A DNA stretch of 64,000 nucleotides, taken from assembly GCA_964496505.1 (NCBI GenBank), contig CAZBZV010000015.1, positions 754 through 64,753 of the forward strand, in the 5' to 3' direction. The translations under genes were made by a program, and so were the position numbers. Source of the stretch: an uncultured Ignavibacteria bacterium. Lineage in GTDB: Bacteria > Zixibacteria > MSB-5A5 > JAABVY01. Position 1 is the first letter of the stretch, and each line of letters opens with the position of its first letter. A model generated the notes under the pieces. The model was not told the DNA's origin and ran no database searches. It was given only the letters and a program-made list of their open reading frames with translations. This document shows, piece after piece, positions 10,561 to 20,220 of this stretch.

Positions 10561-13500
10561 TTACATTCCTATGTTCATTTGCAGATAAGTTCTAATTTCC
10601 CACTCACTGCCATTATCGAATCCCGGTGCATCCGGAACACATACGCCATCTACCCTGGTGGGACAATATCGAGGCGAATGCTGATCCAGAGTCCTGTAGA
10701 TCGCACTTAAACCGATACGTGTCTGGGGCAAGTCAAACCATTCCGGCGTCCCCAGTGCCTGCGAAATATCCGCACCCAGTTGCAAGGGATAAGTCAAGTT
10801 GAAATCCCTGTGATAATCATAGGGACCCCAATCATTAAGCTTCATCGAGGTAATCAATTTTGCCGTGCCATAAATTAGTCTGACATCGGCACCATAACGT
10901 TTAATCAGGCGATCATCATTGCCATTAGGCTCTCCCTCTCCGGCATATATATTAGCTATTACACCCAATCCCGGTCTGACCTTGGAGACAATTCTGGCGT
11001 AGGCTTCCCACAAATCACGGGGCGGAGTAGCTCCGGGAAAGGCGAATGTTGTTCGTCCGTCAGATAAAAATCCAATTGCCGCATCCTGTGTGGTCGGGAA
11101 ATGCCGAAATACAAAACCGAAAGTCGCCGCCAGTCTGGCATCCTCCCTCATATCGCTATCCCAGGAGTACATCCAGGTTGCCGGCGTTGGATCATAGGTT
11201 AAGACAAGTTCAAATGCAGTTGCTTCCCGATTTTCACGGACCGCGAATGGATCATCGAGAACGTTACGTGGTTCTCCCGGCTCCGGAACATCAGCCGGAA
11301 TTGGACCCTCGATAGGTTTCTGCCAGAGAAAATTTGGCGACATCTCAAGGTTGCCGAATCGAACTGAAAGGCCTGTTAAAATATTTCTCTGGTTGCCTTT
11401 GCCGCTGTCTTTCAACCTCCAGCCGGTAAAAGTTTGCGTTTCAGTCGGGCCGCCGCCGTCGGCTACCAGTCCCATTGACGCGCCCTGCAGATACCAGTTT
11501 AGCCTTCCTTTGGAATATGTAAGCTTGAATTTACCGCCAAAGGCATCGCCTGATTCAATGCGGGCCAGATATACCCGGTAATCTCCAGGCTCGCCCCTGA
11601 CCACCTGATAAGTCTGATCGACCTTATTATCACCCGACCAGATACCACCAACTTCTATTGTAAATGGTCCTCTTTGGGTTTCCAGATGAACTGTGGCCTT
11701 TCTGGTCTTGGGAAGAGGAATTGCGATGGAACTTACCGCATCCATTCTATCTTCAAGATCTTCCTGGTAAATCCCGGTGGCCGTAACAGAGCCGATATCT
11801 CGCTGATATTTCATTAGAACTGCCGGATTGGCGCCCCACCACAATTGCGGACCCACAGCCAGTTTGAGTCCATCCAAATCCTTTTTGCCGGCTATCTCCA
11901 TTCCAAGCGGAGCATCAGCGTTATAAACATCGATATTTGGACCATAATTGGCCTCCCGGTAAAGACCGAAGAAGTCACCTTCATACCCCCAATGATAATG
12001 TCCTGTACGATAGAAACCATCGACATTAAACCATGGGTCCTCCCATGATATTGAAGCATTGTAAACTTTCAATCGCTCAATGTCGTTTAATACCATAGTC
12101 CCATCATCGGTCAGAACAGTTTTGGGACGACCGCGATTTTCATAAAAAATCTCATTTATTGGATTCTCCGGGACATGGCCAAGATAATTAAGGGTTAACT
12201 GGCCCCTGACATTTGCAGACGGTTCAGCCACTATCTCAGAATAATATGATTGCAGGTGATCAAACCCGCGAAAAGCAGGGTATCCCTCGGTGTCAGGATC
12301 AGGGCTGTCCGGCGTACTGATATTATCTCCGCCGGTACTGATAGTCTCGAATTCTATTCTAAGGCCGCTAACTCTGACCCTGCTGGTTTTTTCAGACAAA
12401 TTCGCCGCTCTATCTCCGCGGGCTTCCAGCACAGAACCCATTAGATTTATATCATCAAAATGATTGCGAATACTCTGAAGAGTCGTATTTGATCCATAGG
12501 GGTCCAATAGATAAGCCTCTTCCAGCGCATAATAGGCCGCGCGAGGATACAGCTCATAAAGCCCTGTCTGGTCGGGAAATCCTTTGGCGCAAATTCCCCA
12601 CCATTCTTCATTCATATTGTTTTCGCCCTCAACATAATCTTCTTCATAGCCGCCATTGGGCCAGGAAGCGTTTATATCATGGATATCCAGATTTTCATCC
12701 TGGCGAAATTTCCACCAGCCATCAGAGAACTGAAATGTAAAGCCGCCACAGGCATTTCCAATTCTGCCTTTCCCATATGACTGCTCATATATCTCCTGCC
12801 ACTGGCCTTTAAGGTAGCGAGCCTGCATTAACTGATCTTCTTTCATGGTTCTCACGTTAAAAGCATCAGCTCCAAATTCCGTGAATATTAGCGGAATCCC
12901 GAGTTTCTCTTTTACTACTTCATATGCGTCCCGGGCGGAAATACCCCGATAGACGTTCGCGCCAAAGATATCGAGGCCTTCCATTTCTTCGGCAATAATA
13001 TCGATATACTGCAGATCTCCGTTGGCGATCGCAACGGGTCTGTTCGAATCTTTATCCTTTATCACCCGTGTAATCTCTCCAAGAAAAGAATAGAGATAAC
13101 GAGCCTTGGCAGCCTGCCGCTCACCCTCCGGAAGGGCCTCAGTTTCTGCAGATTTCCAGACCAGACCGTAATTGTTCTCATTTCCGAGAAGCCACATCAA
13201 CATTCCGGGAGTATCCTGGAATTGCTCCACCAGAGCTTCCATTTCAGCTTTCAATGCTGTACGAGTTCTCTCATCGGAATAATCTGTTTGAGGAATATAG
13301 ACGCCGTCAATAGTTACACCATATCTGCCGAGGGGATGATTGATCACTGTGTAGATTCCGTAAGTCTCATATATATATTCTACCCAGCGAGGTGGAATAC
13401 CGACATAATGACGAATCGTATTGACACCCATATTCTTCAGAAGGGGCATCTCTCTTGCCAGCGCCTGCTTGATGAAATCATCAGATTGATTCCACAGGCT

Positions 13501-13725
13501 GTATAAATAGTTTTGACCGATCGGCACATAATCCCAGTTCATGCCAAGAATCATGAAGTCCTCACCATTTACCTGGAGCTTTGAACCTGAGGGGTCGTTA
13601 ATTACGGTTACTTTTGTTACTTCCGCGCCAATAGCATTTTCAATGCTGAGAATATTTATGATGGTCAAAATCATTAAAATGATAATGGCTGGAGACTTAA
13701 AAAAAACTACATTCCTATTGGCCAT
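10561..13725 (-). CDS. Secreted clan GH-A glycoside hydrolase (GH2 TIM-barrel-like) fused to a ~600-aa probable outer-membrane beta-barrel
   Basis: Signal peptide; LKNMGVNTIRHY, WLLGNEN (acid/base) and FTEFGAD (nucleophile). C-terminal half is Gly/aromatic-rich with amphipathic beta-strand pattern, ending WEIRTYLQMNIGM. Confidence 0.75.
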   Translation of the reverse strand: MANRNVVFFKSPAIIILMILTIINILSIENAIGAEVTKVTVINDPSGSKLQVNGEDFMILGMNWDYVPIGQNYLYSLWNQSDDFIKQALAREMPLLKNMGVNTIRHYVGIPPRWVEYIYETYGIYTVINHPLGRYGVTIDGVYIPQTDYSDERTRTALKAEMEALVEQFQDTPGMLMWLLGNENNYGLVWKSAETEALPEGERQAAKARYLYSFLGEITRVIKDKDSNRPVAIANGDLQYIDIIAEEMEGLDIFGANVYRGISARDAYEVVKEKLGIPLIFTEFGADAFNVRTMKEDQLMQARYLKGQWQEIYEQSYGKGRIGNACGGFTFQFSDGWWKFRQDENLDIHDINASWPNGGYEEDYVEGENNMNEEWWGICAKGFPDQTGLYELYPRAAYYALEEAYLLDPYGSNTTLQSIRNHFDDINLMGSVLEARGDRAANLSEKTSRVRVSGLRIEFETISTGGDNISTPDSPDPDTEGYPAFRGFDHLQSYYSEIVAEPSANVRGQLTLNYLGHVPENPINEIFYENRGRPKTVLTDDGTMVLNDIERLKVYNASISWEDPWFNVDGFYRTGHYHWGYEGDFFGLYREANYGPNIDVYNADAPLGMEIAGKKDLDGLKLAVGPQLWWGANPAVLMKYQRDIGSVTATGIYQEDLEDRMDAVSSIAIPLPKTRKATVHLETQRGPFTIEVGGIWSGDNKVDQTYQVVRGEPGDYRVYLARIESGDAFGGKFKLTYSKGRLNWYLQGASMGLVADGGGPTETQTFTGWRLKDSGKGNQRNILTGLSVRFGNLEMSPNFLWQKPIEGPIPADVPEPGEPRNVLDDPFAVRENREATAFELVLTYDPTPATWMYSWDSDMREDARLAATFGFVFRHFPTTQDAAIGFLSDGRTTFAFPGATPPRDLWEAYARIVSKVRPGLGVIANIYAGEGEPNGNDDRLIKRYGADVRLIYGTAKLITSMKLNDWGPYDYHRDFNLTYPLQLGADISQALGTPEWFDLPQTRIGLSAIYRTLDQHSPRYCPTRVDGVCVPDAPGFDNGSEWEIRTYLQMNIGM

Positions 13726-13816
13726 ATACTATCTCCCGGGCTTATAAGTCTATGCAAAATAAGGAATTTATCTTAAAGATAATAATTCTAAAATACAAAA
13801 TCCTCCAATCCGAAAA

Positions 13817-13841
13817 ACTTTGTTCTCTTATCGAACAAAGT
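13817..13841. promoter_or_regulatory. XylR/ROK-type operator palindrome
   Basis: ACTTTGTTC-N7-GAACAAAGT, a perfect 9-bp inverted repeat overlapping the -10 box of the GH-A/GH3 operon promoter. Confidence 0.75.
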
Positions 13842-13865
13842 ACCGATTATATGCTGTTTTGTCAA
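13837..13865 (-). promoter_or_regulatory. Sigma70-type promoter for the 13725/10555 operon
   Basis: Minus strand TTGACA-N17-TACTTT. Confidence 0.7.
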
Positions 13866-14114
13866 GACAATTCGGCTTTTCAACTCAAAAATTATTGAGG
13901 ATCGATAGCTCGATCAAGTTATGGTTAAGTGGAATCTTACCTGATTAGTGGGTGCTCCTTTTATGCTTTTGCAAAATATAGCAAGATTGAAATCGATCGA
14001 TAATTACTTGAATTGCATGATGTGAAAAATGAAATTCGGCCCGCAAAACCTTCTTTCAAAAAACGGACAGTGTTCGTATATTGAGATGTCAACTCAATTA
14101 TTTAATGGAGGATT

Positions 14115-15434
14115 TTGATTATTTATTTGCTTAAAAAAGCTGCTATAATAATTCTATTTTGCGTATTGGTAACTTCATTATCCCAGTCAGCAAAGGGCGG
14201 CCAGCCATCCTATCCTTCTCGGGATGGGGATGCTGCTGAAACATCTTTTGCATTTGATCAGATAGATGAGAGCAACTATGCCTGTGATTATATTTGCGGT
14301 GATGCCAATGGCGACCAGACGGTAAATATTTCCGATGCGGTCTTTATCATCAATTATATCTTTATCGGAGGGGAAACGCCTTATCCAATCGAGGCAGCGG
14401 ATGCAAATGGGGATCGAAGCTGCAATGTCAGTGATGCTGTTTTCATTATAAATCATGTTTTTATTGGGGGACCCGCCCCGGTTGCATGCCCATTTTTGAT
14501 AAATATCGTAAACCTGCAACCTGGTGATAACACGGTCAATGGCACTGCGAACATTACGGATACAACCTTGTATCGGGTAGTTCTCTGGGCCAAAACCGAT
14601 CGCTGGTATGTTCAACCTTCGATCGCGAATCCATACACTGTTGTCCAGAGTGACGGTTCCTGGTCAAATTCCACTTATCCATGGGATCGTATGGTGGCGC
14701 TGCTGGTTGATTTAAGCTATGTCCCGGGATCGATAAGGGATTATCATCCGACCATGGATCCGGGAGTTGTATGCTGGGATGAATATCCGGACAAATCGAT
14801 TAAATATTTCAATTGGAGCAACCATCGCTGGCGAATCAAGAAAGGCGATTTATTGGGTCCCGGTCCGAACTATTTCTCCGATGATACTGCCAATGTCTGG
14901 ATCGACCAGCAAAATCGACTGCATCTGAAGATTGATTATCGCGACAATAGATGGTATTGCTCTGAAGTGGTTCTTGATCATTCACTGGGGTATGGGCTCT
15001 ATAAATTTAAGCTCGATTCCAGGGTTGACAGTCTTGATTATAATACAATTTTTGCGGGTTTTATTTATGAAACAATCAACGAGGAATTTGATATAGAGTT
15101 TTCTCAAAGGTTGGCTGACCCGTATAACGCCCAATATGTGGCCCAACCATGGTATACGGCCGGGAATATAGAATTTTTCAATATGCCGGGCAGCAGTCAG
15201 ACCTCTCATTCATTTGAATGGCGCCCGGATCGAATTGTTTTTAACAGTTGGAATGGTCACTCCGATACCCCGACGCCTTCCACATTAATTCACACATGGA
15301 CATACACCGGTGAAGATATCCCTATTCCCGGCAGTGAAAGAATGATATTTAACCTCTACCTCTTTGGGGGTGAAGCGCCTGTTCAGGCCATAGAAGATGA
15401 AGCGATCATTACCTCATTCCAATATACTGAATAA
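14115..15434 (+). CDS. Secreted dockerin-bearing GH16-like protein
   Basis: TTG start with GGAGG; signal peptide; dockerin CGDANGDQTVNISDAVFIINYIF x2; C-terminal ConA-like domain with GPGPNYFSD, LGYGLYKF and ExDxE motif (EFDIE). Confidence 0.75.
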   Translation: MIIYLLKKAAIIILFCVLVTSLSQSAKGGQPSYPSRDGDAAETSFAFDQIDESNYACDYICGDANGDQTVNISDAVFIINYIFIGGETPYPIEAADANGDRSCNVSDAVFIINHVFIGGPAPVACPFLINIVNLQPGDNTVNGTANITDTTLYRVVLWAKTDRWYVQPSIANPYTVVQSDGSWSNSTYPWDRMVALLVDLSYVPGSIRDYHPTMDPGVVCWDEYPDKSIKYFNWSNHRWRIKKGDLLGPGPNYFSDDTANVWIDQQNRLHLKIDYRDNRWYCSEVVLDHSLGYGLYKFKLDSRVDSLDYNTIFAGFIYETINEEFDIEFSQRLADPYNAQYVAQPWYTAGNIEFFNMPGSSQTSHSFEWRPDRIVFNSWNGHSDTPTPSTLIHTWTYTGEDIPIPGSERMIFNLYLFGGEAPVQAIEDEAIITSFQYTE

Positions 15435-15657
15435 TAAATGGAAGGATTCTTCAGGACCTAGCCTGCTCTTGCCCATATAGAAATTTATCCTTTGGATTAT
15501 TGAATTTAATAAAGGAGTTCGTGCAAAATATGTGTGATAGCAATATCATTTTAAATAATTATTGACAATAGACTGCAGAGACAGCTTTCTTTTGCAAGGT
15601 CATATAATTTTGATGTAAAAATAATTTTGCGATTAACTCCAGTGGAGGTGGCGTTAA

Positions 15658-16608
15658 ATGAATTACAGAAGAGTTGGAAAGGCTGGATTGAAAATATCGG
15701 AAATTGGTCTGGGGGCCTGGCTTACCTATGGCGGTTCGGTTGAGAACAAACAGGCTGGGTCTATCATCCAGGCGGCACTTGATAGTGGAATCAACTTTTT
15801 CGATCTGGCCGATGTGTACTCCCAGGGAAAAGCCGAAGAATTCGTCGGACGAGCAGTAAAGGGCCGCCTCAGATCTGATATTGTGATTTCAAGTAAACTC
15901 TTTTGGCCGATGTCGGAGAATATCAACGATCGCGGACTGAGCCGCAAACATATTATGGAATCGGTGGAAAAATCTCTAAAACGAATCGGTACCGACTATC
16001 TCGACATCTATTTCTGTCATAGATTCGATCCGGAGACTGAAGTCGAAGAAACGGTGCGTGCTATGGATGACCTGATCCATCAGGGAAAGATTCTTTATTG
16101 GGGTACCTCTGATTGGTCGGCAGCTCAGATAGAGCGGGCCGTTGGTGAAGCCAATTTCTATACAACCCATCCTCCGATTGTCGAACAGCCTGGCTATAAT
16201 ATGCTTGCAAGACATATCGAGCCCGAAATTATCCCGACTTGCATTCGAAACGGCATAGGGCTGACAGTCTATTCACCGCTGGCACAGGGGCTTTTGACCG
16301 GTAAGTACAATAAACATACTCCTTCGGATAGCCGCGGGGCAAAGACCTCATGGTTAGAGCATTCTTTGACTGAATCCAATATTGAGAAGGCAAGAACACT
16401 CACAGGGATCGCACAAAAGCTCGACATAACGTTATCGCAACTTGCATTGGCCTGGGTTTTGAGCCACAAAATTGTGAGTTCAGCAATAATCGGGGCCACC
16501 AGAATAGAACATGTATTAGAAAACGTTGCGGCTACAGATGTTGAACTAAGCTTAGAAACACTCGCAGAAATAGAGGATATAATTGCTGACAATCCCGATG
16601 AAAATTAG
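15658..16608 (+). CDS. Aldo/keto reductase (Kv-beta/Tas-like subfamily)
   Basis: GINFFDLADVY, ISSK, SLKRIGTDYLDIYFCHRFD, YSPLAQGLLTGKY, IIGAT. Confidence 0.93.
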   Translation: MNYRRVGKAGLKISEIGLGAWLTYGGSVENKQAGSIIQAALDSGINFFDLADVYSQGKAEEFVGRAVKGRLRSDIVISSKLFWPMSENINDRGLSRKHIMESVEKSLKRIGTDYLDIYFCHRFDPETEVEETVRAMDDLIHQGKILYWGTSDWSAAQIERAVGEANFYTTHPPIVEQPGYNMLARHIEPEIIPTCIRNGIGLTVYSPLAQGLLTGKYNKHTPSDSRGAKTSWLEHSLTESNIEKARTLTGIAQKLDITLSQLALAWVLSHKIVSSAIIGATRIEHVLENVAATDVELSLETLAEIEDIIADNPDEN

Positions 16609-16739
16609 CGCTTCTCCATACGGCCGAATCCGGATTCAAAATTGTGTTATTGCGGCACATAGCAGAGGGGCTTGGAGAATGCAGAAATGTTAATACCAAA
16701 CCGATCATTTTTTCACCCGATGAGTGGAAAGGTAAAATA

Positions 16740-19700
16740 ATGATTAGTTCTGAAAATGGTAAACCAAAATACACCTTGAATGAAGCCGGCGAGTTTGTAA
16801 TCGATGATTACAATTCTGCCAAACCGTTTTCCAGCTTTTTTCCGGGAATTGCCGGAATAAATGGAATTCCAATGTGGGTCTTTTATGTAAACCGTGGACA
16901 GTGTATCAGCGGCATGGGTGTCCAGGATAAAGACCACTCCATCCTCGAGTTCCTTCCCGCGAATCGTGCATATAATCTCACCGGCAGTCATGGATTCAGA
17001 ACATTTATAAAGCTTTCAGACAATTATCCGGTCAGGTATTATGAACCATTCCAGAATCATTACAGGGACAGTCAATTGTATGCTATCCAGCGAATGATTA
17101 TCGCGCCGTCTTATTTATCACTCGAGGAAATCAATACATCACTAAATCTTAAATTTACTGTAGATTATTTTACTGTTCCCCAGGATCGATATGCCGGTCT
17201 AATCAGGACTTTGTGTATTCAAAATATGGGACAAGAAACAGTCAGTCTGGAAGGACTTGACGGCCTGCCTGTAATAGTCCCGTATGGGGTCGATAATTTC
17301 TGCCTGAAAAATATGCGGCGGACTATTGAGGCTTTTGTAGAAGTGTGCAATTTCAACAATCGCGTGCCCTTTTTTAAGGCGAAAGTGGAACCGTCCGATC
17401 GGCCAGATGTCCTGAGAATTACCAGAGGCAATTTTTATCTGGGCTTTGAGACTGTTGAATCCGGGATAAATATTATTGACCCGATAGTAGACCCAAACAA
17501 AATCTTTGAGAGTCAAACGGATTTCAGTTATCCGGAGAGATTTCTTACCGCAGCACCTGAAGACATAATCAGGAATCAAAAATTGGAAAATCAACTCCCA
17601 TGCGCCATGGGCATTTTCACTGCTTCGATTCCGCCAGGAGGAAGCTATGCATACTCATCAATAATCGGCCATGCATCCTCACTCGATAAGTTAAATAAGA
17701 TAATTCCTGATATAGCCCGAAAGGGATATATTGACGCGAAAGCGAAAGAAAATCTGGAATTAATAGAAACTCTGACCCAAAGCAACCTAATCTGCTCCAA
17801 TGAGCCTGCGTTGGATCAATATGCCAGACAGAATTTCCTCGATAATACAATGAGGGGCGGGTTTCCATTTACATTAGATGCAAGCAAGAACAATGCGACC
17901 CTTTATCTGTATTCTCGCAAACACGGCGATATGGAAAGAGACTATAATGAATTCAGCCTCATGCCCACTCACTATTCTCAGGGTAACGGAAACTTTCGCG
18001 ATATTAACCAGAATCGCCGGTCAGATTTATTTTTTAATCCCGATCTCGGAAAGGACAATATTGAGTACTTCTATAATCTGATCCAGCTTGATGGTTTTAA
18101 TCCGCTCGTTTTGAAAGAAATCCATTTTGCAGTCAACAATCCCGGTAAGCTGAAATCTGTTTTAGAAAAATATTTAGAGGATGAATATCTCCAGGCGGTC
18201 ATAGGCTGGTTAAATAAGCCGTTTACACCCGGTGAGCTTCTGGCATTTATAAATGAAGGCGCTATTTCTCTGAATGTCGATTCAGATACGTTTATCGGAG
18301 AAATTCTTGAACAATGTTACAGGATTGCAGACACCGACTATGGCGAAAGCTATTGGATCGATCATTGGACCTACAATCTGGACCTGCTTGAAAATTATTT
18401 AGCTGTTTATCCGGATAGATTCCCTAATTTACTGTTCGGGGAAAAGGTATTTTCGTTCTATGACAATCCATATGTCGTACAGCCTCGCAATGAAAAATAC
18501 GTTCTCTGGAACGGTAAACCAATGCAGCTCGGGGCCGTACTTTTTGATGAAGAAAAGGAGGAATGGATCAGGAAACGAAAATCCGATCCTAATCGGGTTC
18601 GAACCGAATATGGTCAAGGAGATGTCTATTACACAACCCTGTTCAATAAGATACTATGCCTGATAGTTAATAAGCTGTCTTCATTGGATCCCGAGGGTGT
18701 CGGTGTGGAAATGGAAGCCGGAAAACCGGGTTGGTATGACGCATTAAACGGGTTGCCGGGATTATTCGGTTCAAGCATCAGCGAAACGCTGGAAATCAAA
18801 CGACATATTTCATTCCTGCTTGAAAAAATCGATGAAGATGACATGATTTGCGCTAAGGCATTGATCTTTCAAGAGCTAAAGGCGTTTATGGATGAATTGC
18901 ATGATATAATGGATCATAATCTATCAGCTTTTGAATATTGGGAAGCCGCCTCAAGTGCCAGAGAAGGATTCCGTGAGACGACCCGCCTGGGAATAAGTGG
19001 AAAAGAGATAACGGTTGAATTAAATAAGATCAAAGATTTCTTAAAAGCTGCTTTAAGTAAGTTGAATGATGGGATTAAAAAAGCTAAAGATGAGGAAAGC
19101 GATACAATATTCACATATTTCCGTTATGAGGTTGTTGATTACAAGAAGCTGCAAGTCACCGATTCGCGTGGTAATGAGAAGTCTAAATATAATGCGGACG
19201 ATCTTCCATGTATCAGACCTTTAAAATTTAAACGGATCCCATTGCCGCTTTTTTTGGAAGGCCCGGTACATTACCTGAGATGTCTTCCCGGAAATGACAG
19301 GGCCCTGGAGTTCGCCGCCAACATTAAAGAGAGCGCGCTTTATGATAAGGCATTAAAGATGTATAAGGTTAATGCCTCATTGAAGGATGAACCGATGGAA
19401 ATCGGGCGGGCAAGGGTCTTTTCACCGGGATGGCTCGAGAATGAATCCATCTGGCTTCATATGGAATATAAATACATGCTGGAACTTCTGCGCAACGGGC
19501 TCTATAACGAATTTTTCAGAGACTTCAAAGATGTGTTCGTACCATTTTTTAATCCCGAAGTTTATGGAAGAAGCATCCTGGAAAATTCTTCTTTTATTGT
19601 CAGCAGTGCCAATTCCGATCAGTCAATCCATGGGAATGGATTCGTAGCTCGCTTGACCGGGGCAACAGCCGAATTCATCCATATACTCTATACAATGCTA

Positions 19701-20066
19701 TTGGGCCTTAAGCCTTTTTGCCTTAATACAAATGGAAAATTACAATTCTGTCCCAAACCTTCCCTGCCCGGCTGGCTATTCACTCAAGAGAAAAGAAAAA
19801 TAAAAATATATATAGATAACCAATGGCATGAAATCGATCTGCCCTCCAAATCCTTCAGCTTTATCTTGTTTGGAAAGATACTCATCACCTACCATAATGA
19901 GTCTTTGAAAAATACATTTGGCGAGAATGCAGTACTACCTGCCGGATTCAAAATACAAGATTCAAATGGGGATACGAAAACATACAATACAGATACCCTT
20001 GGTGCAGAAATGGCAAATAAAATCCGTGAAAGGAAAGTCAACAGAATGGATATAGAGCTTCGCTAA
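16740..20066 (+). CDS. Beta-1,3-glucan phosphorylase, GH161-like
   Basis: PMWVFYVNRGQ, YSRKHGDMERDYN, SQGNGNFRDINQNRR, YWIDHWTYNLD, KPGWYDALNGLPGL, GWLENESIWLHMEYKY, GRSILENSSFI; no signal peptide. Likely start ATG 16740 after GGAAAGG. Confidence 0.8.
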   Translation: MISSENGKPKYTLNEAGEFVIDDYNSAKPFSSFFPGIAGINGIPMWVFYVNRGQCISGMGVQDKDHSILEFLPANRAYNLTGSHGFRTFIKLSDNYPVRYYEPFQNHYRDSQLYAIQRMIIAPSYLSLEEINTSLNLKFTVDYFTVPQDRYAGLIRTLCIQNMGQETVSLEGLDGLPVIVPYGVDNFCLKNMRRTIEAFVEVCNFNNRVPFFKAKVEPSDRPDVLRITRGNFYLGFETVESGINIIDPIVDPNKIFESQTDFSYPERFLTAAPEDIIRNQKLENQLPCAMGIFTASIPPGGSYAYSSIIGHASSLDKLNKIIPDIARKGYIDAKAKENLELIETLTQSNLICSNEPALDQYARQNFLDNTMRGGFPFTLDASKNNATLYLYSRKHGDMERDYNEFSLMPTHYSQGNGNFRDINQNRRSDLFFNPDLGKDNIEYFYNLIQLDGFNPLVLKEIHFAVNNPGKLKSVLEKYLEDEYLQAVIGWLNKPFTPGELLAFINEGAISLNVDSDTFIGEILEQCYRIADTDYGESYWIDHWTYNLDLLENYLAVYPDRFPNLLFGEKVFSFYDNPYVVQPRNEKYVLWNGKPMQLGAVLFDEEKEEWIRKRKSDPNRVRTEYGQGDVYYTTLFNKILCLIVNKLSSLDPEGVGVEMEAGKPGWYDALNGLPGLFGSSISETLEIKRHISFLLEKIDEDDMICAKALIFQELKAFMDELHDIMDHNLSAFEYWEAASSAREGFRETTRLGISGKEITVELNKIKDFLKAALSKLNDGIKKAKDEESDTIFTYFRYEVVDYKKLQVTDSRGNEKSKYNADDLPCIRPLKFKRIPLPLFLEGPVHYLRCLPGNDRALEFAANIKESALYDKALKMYKVNASLKDEPMEIGRARVFSPGWLENESIWLHMEYKYMLELLRNGLYNEFFRDFKDVFVPFFNPEVYGRSILENSSFIVSSANSDQSIHGNGFVARLTGATAEFIHILYTMLLGLKPFCLNTNGKLQFCPKPSLPGWLFTQEKRKIKIYIDNQWHEIDLPSKSFSFILFGKILITYHNESLKNTFGENAVLPAGFKIQDSNGDTKTYNTDTLGAEMANKIRERKVNRMDIELR

Positions 20067-20220
20067 TTACAAGGATCCTGGCGGAGATAATCAGGTAGAA
20101 ATATGACTGACTAAATTTATCGCACATTAAAACACCTCTGCGGTGATTATTGACAGTCCGTACTACCGGTTGGCTTTAAATAATTTCATGATTTGGCCGA
20201 TGATATGAAAGGAAATCTGG

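Noticed and set aside
20132-20148. Lambda-operator-like sequence ACACCTCTGCGGTGATT
   Set aside because: Short, imperfect and without phage genes nearby; most likely coincidence.
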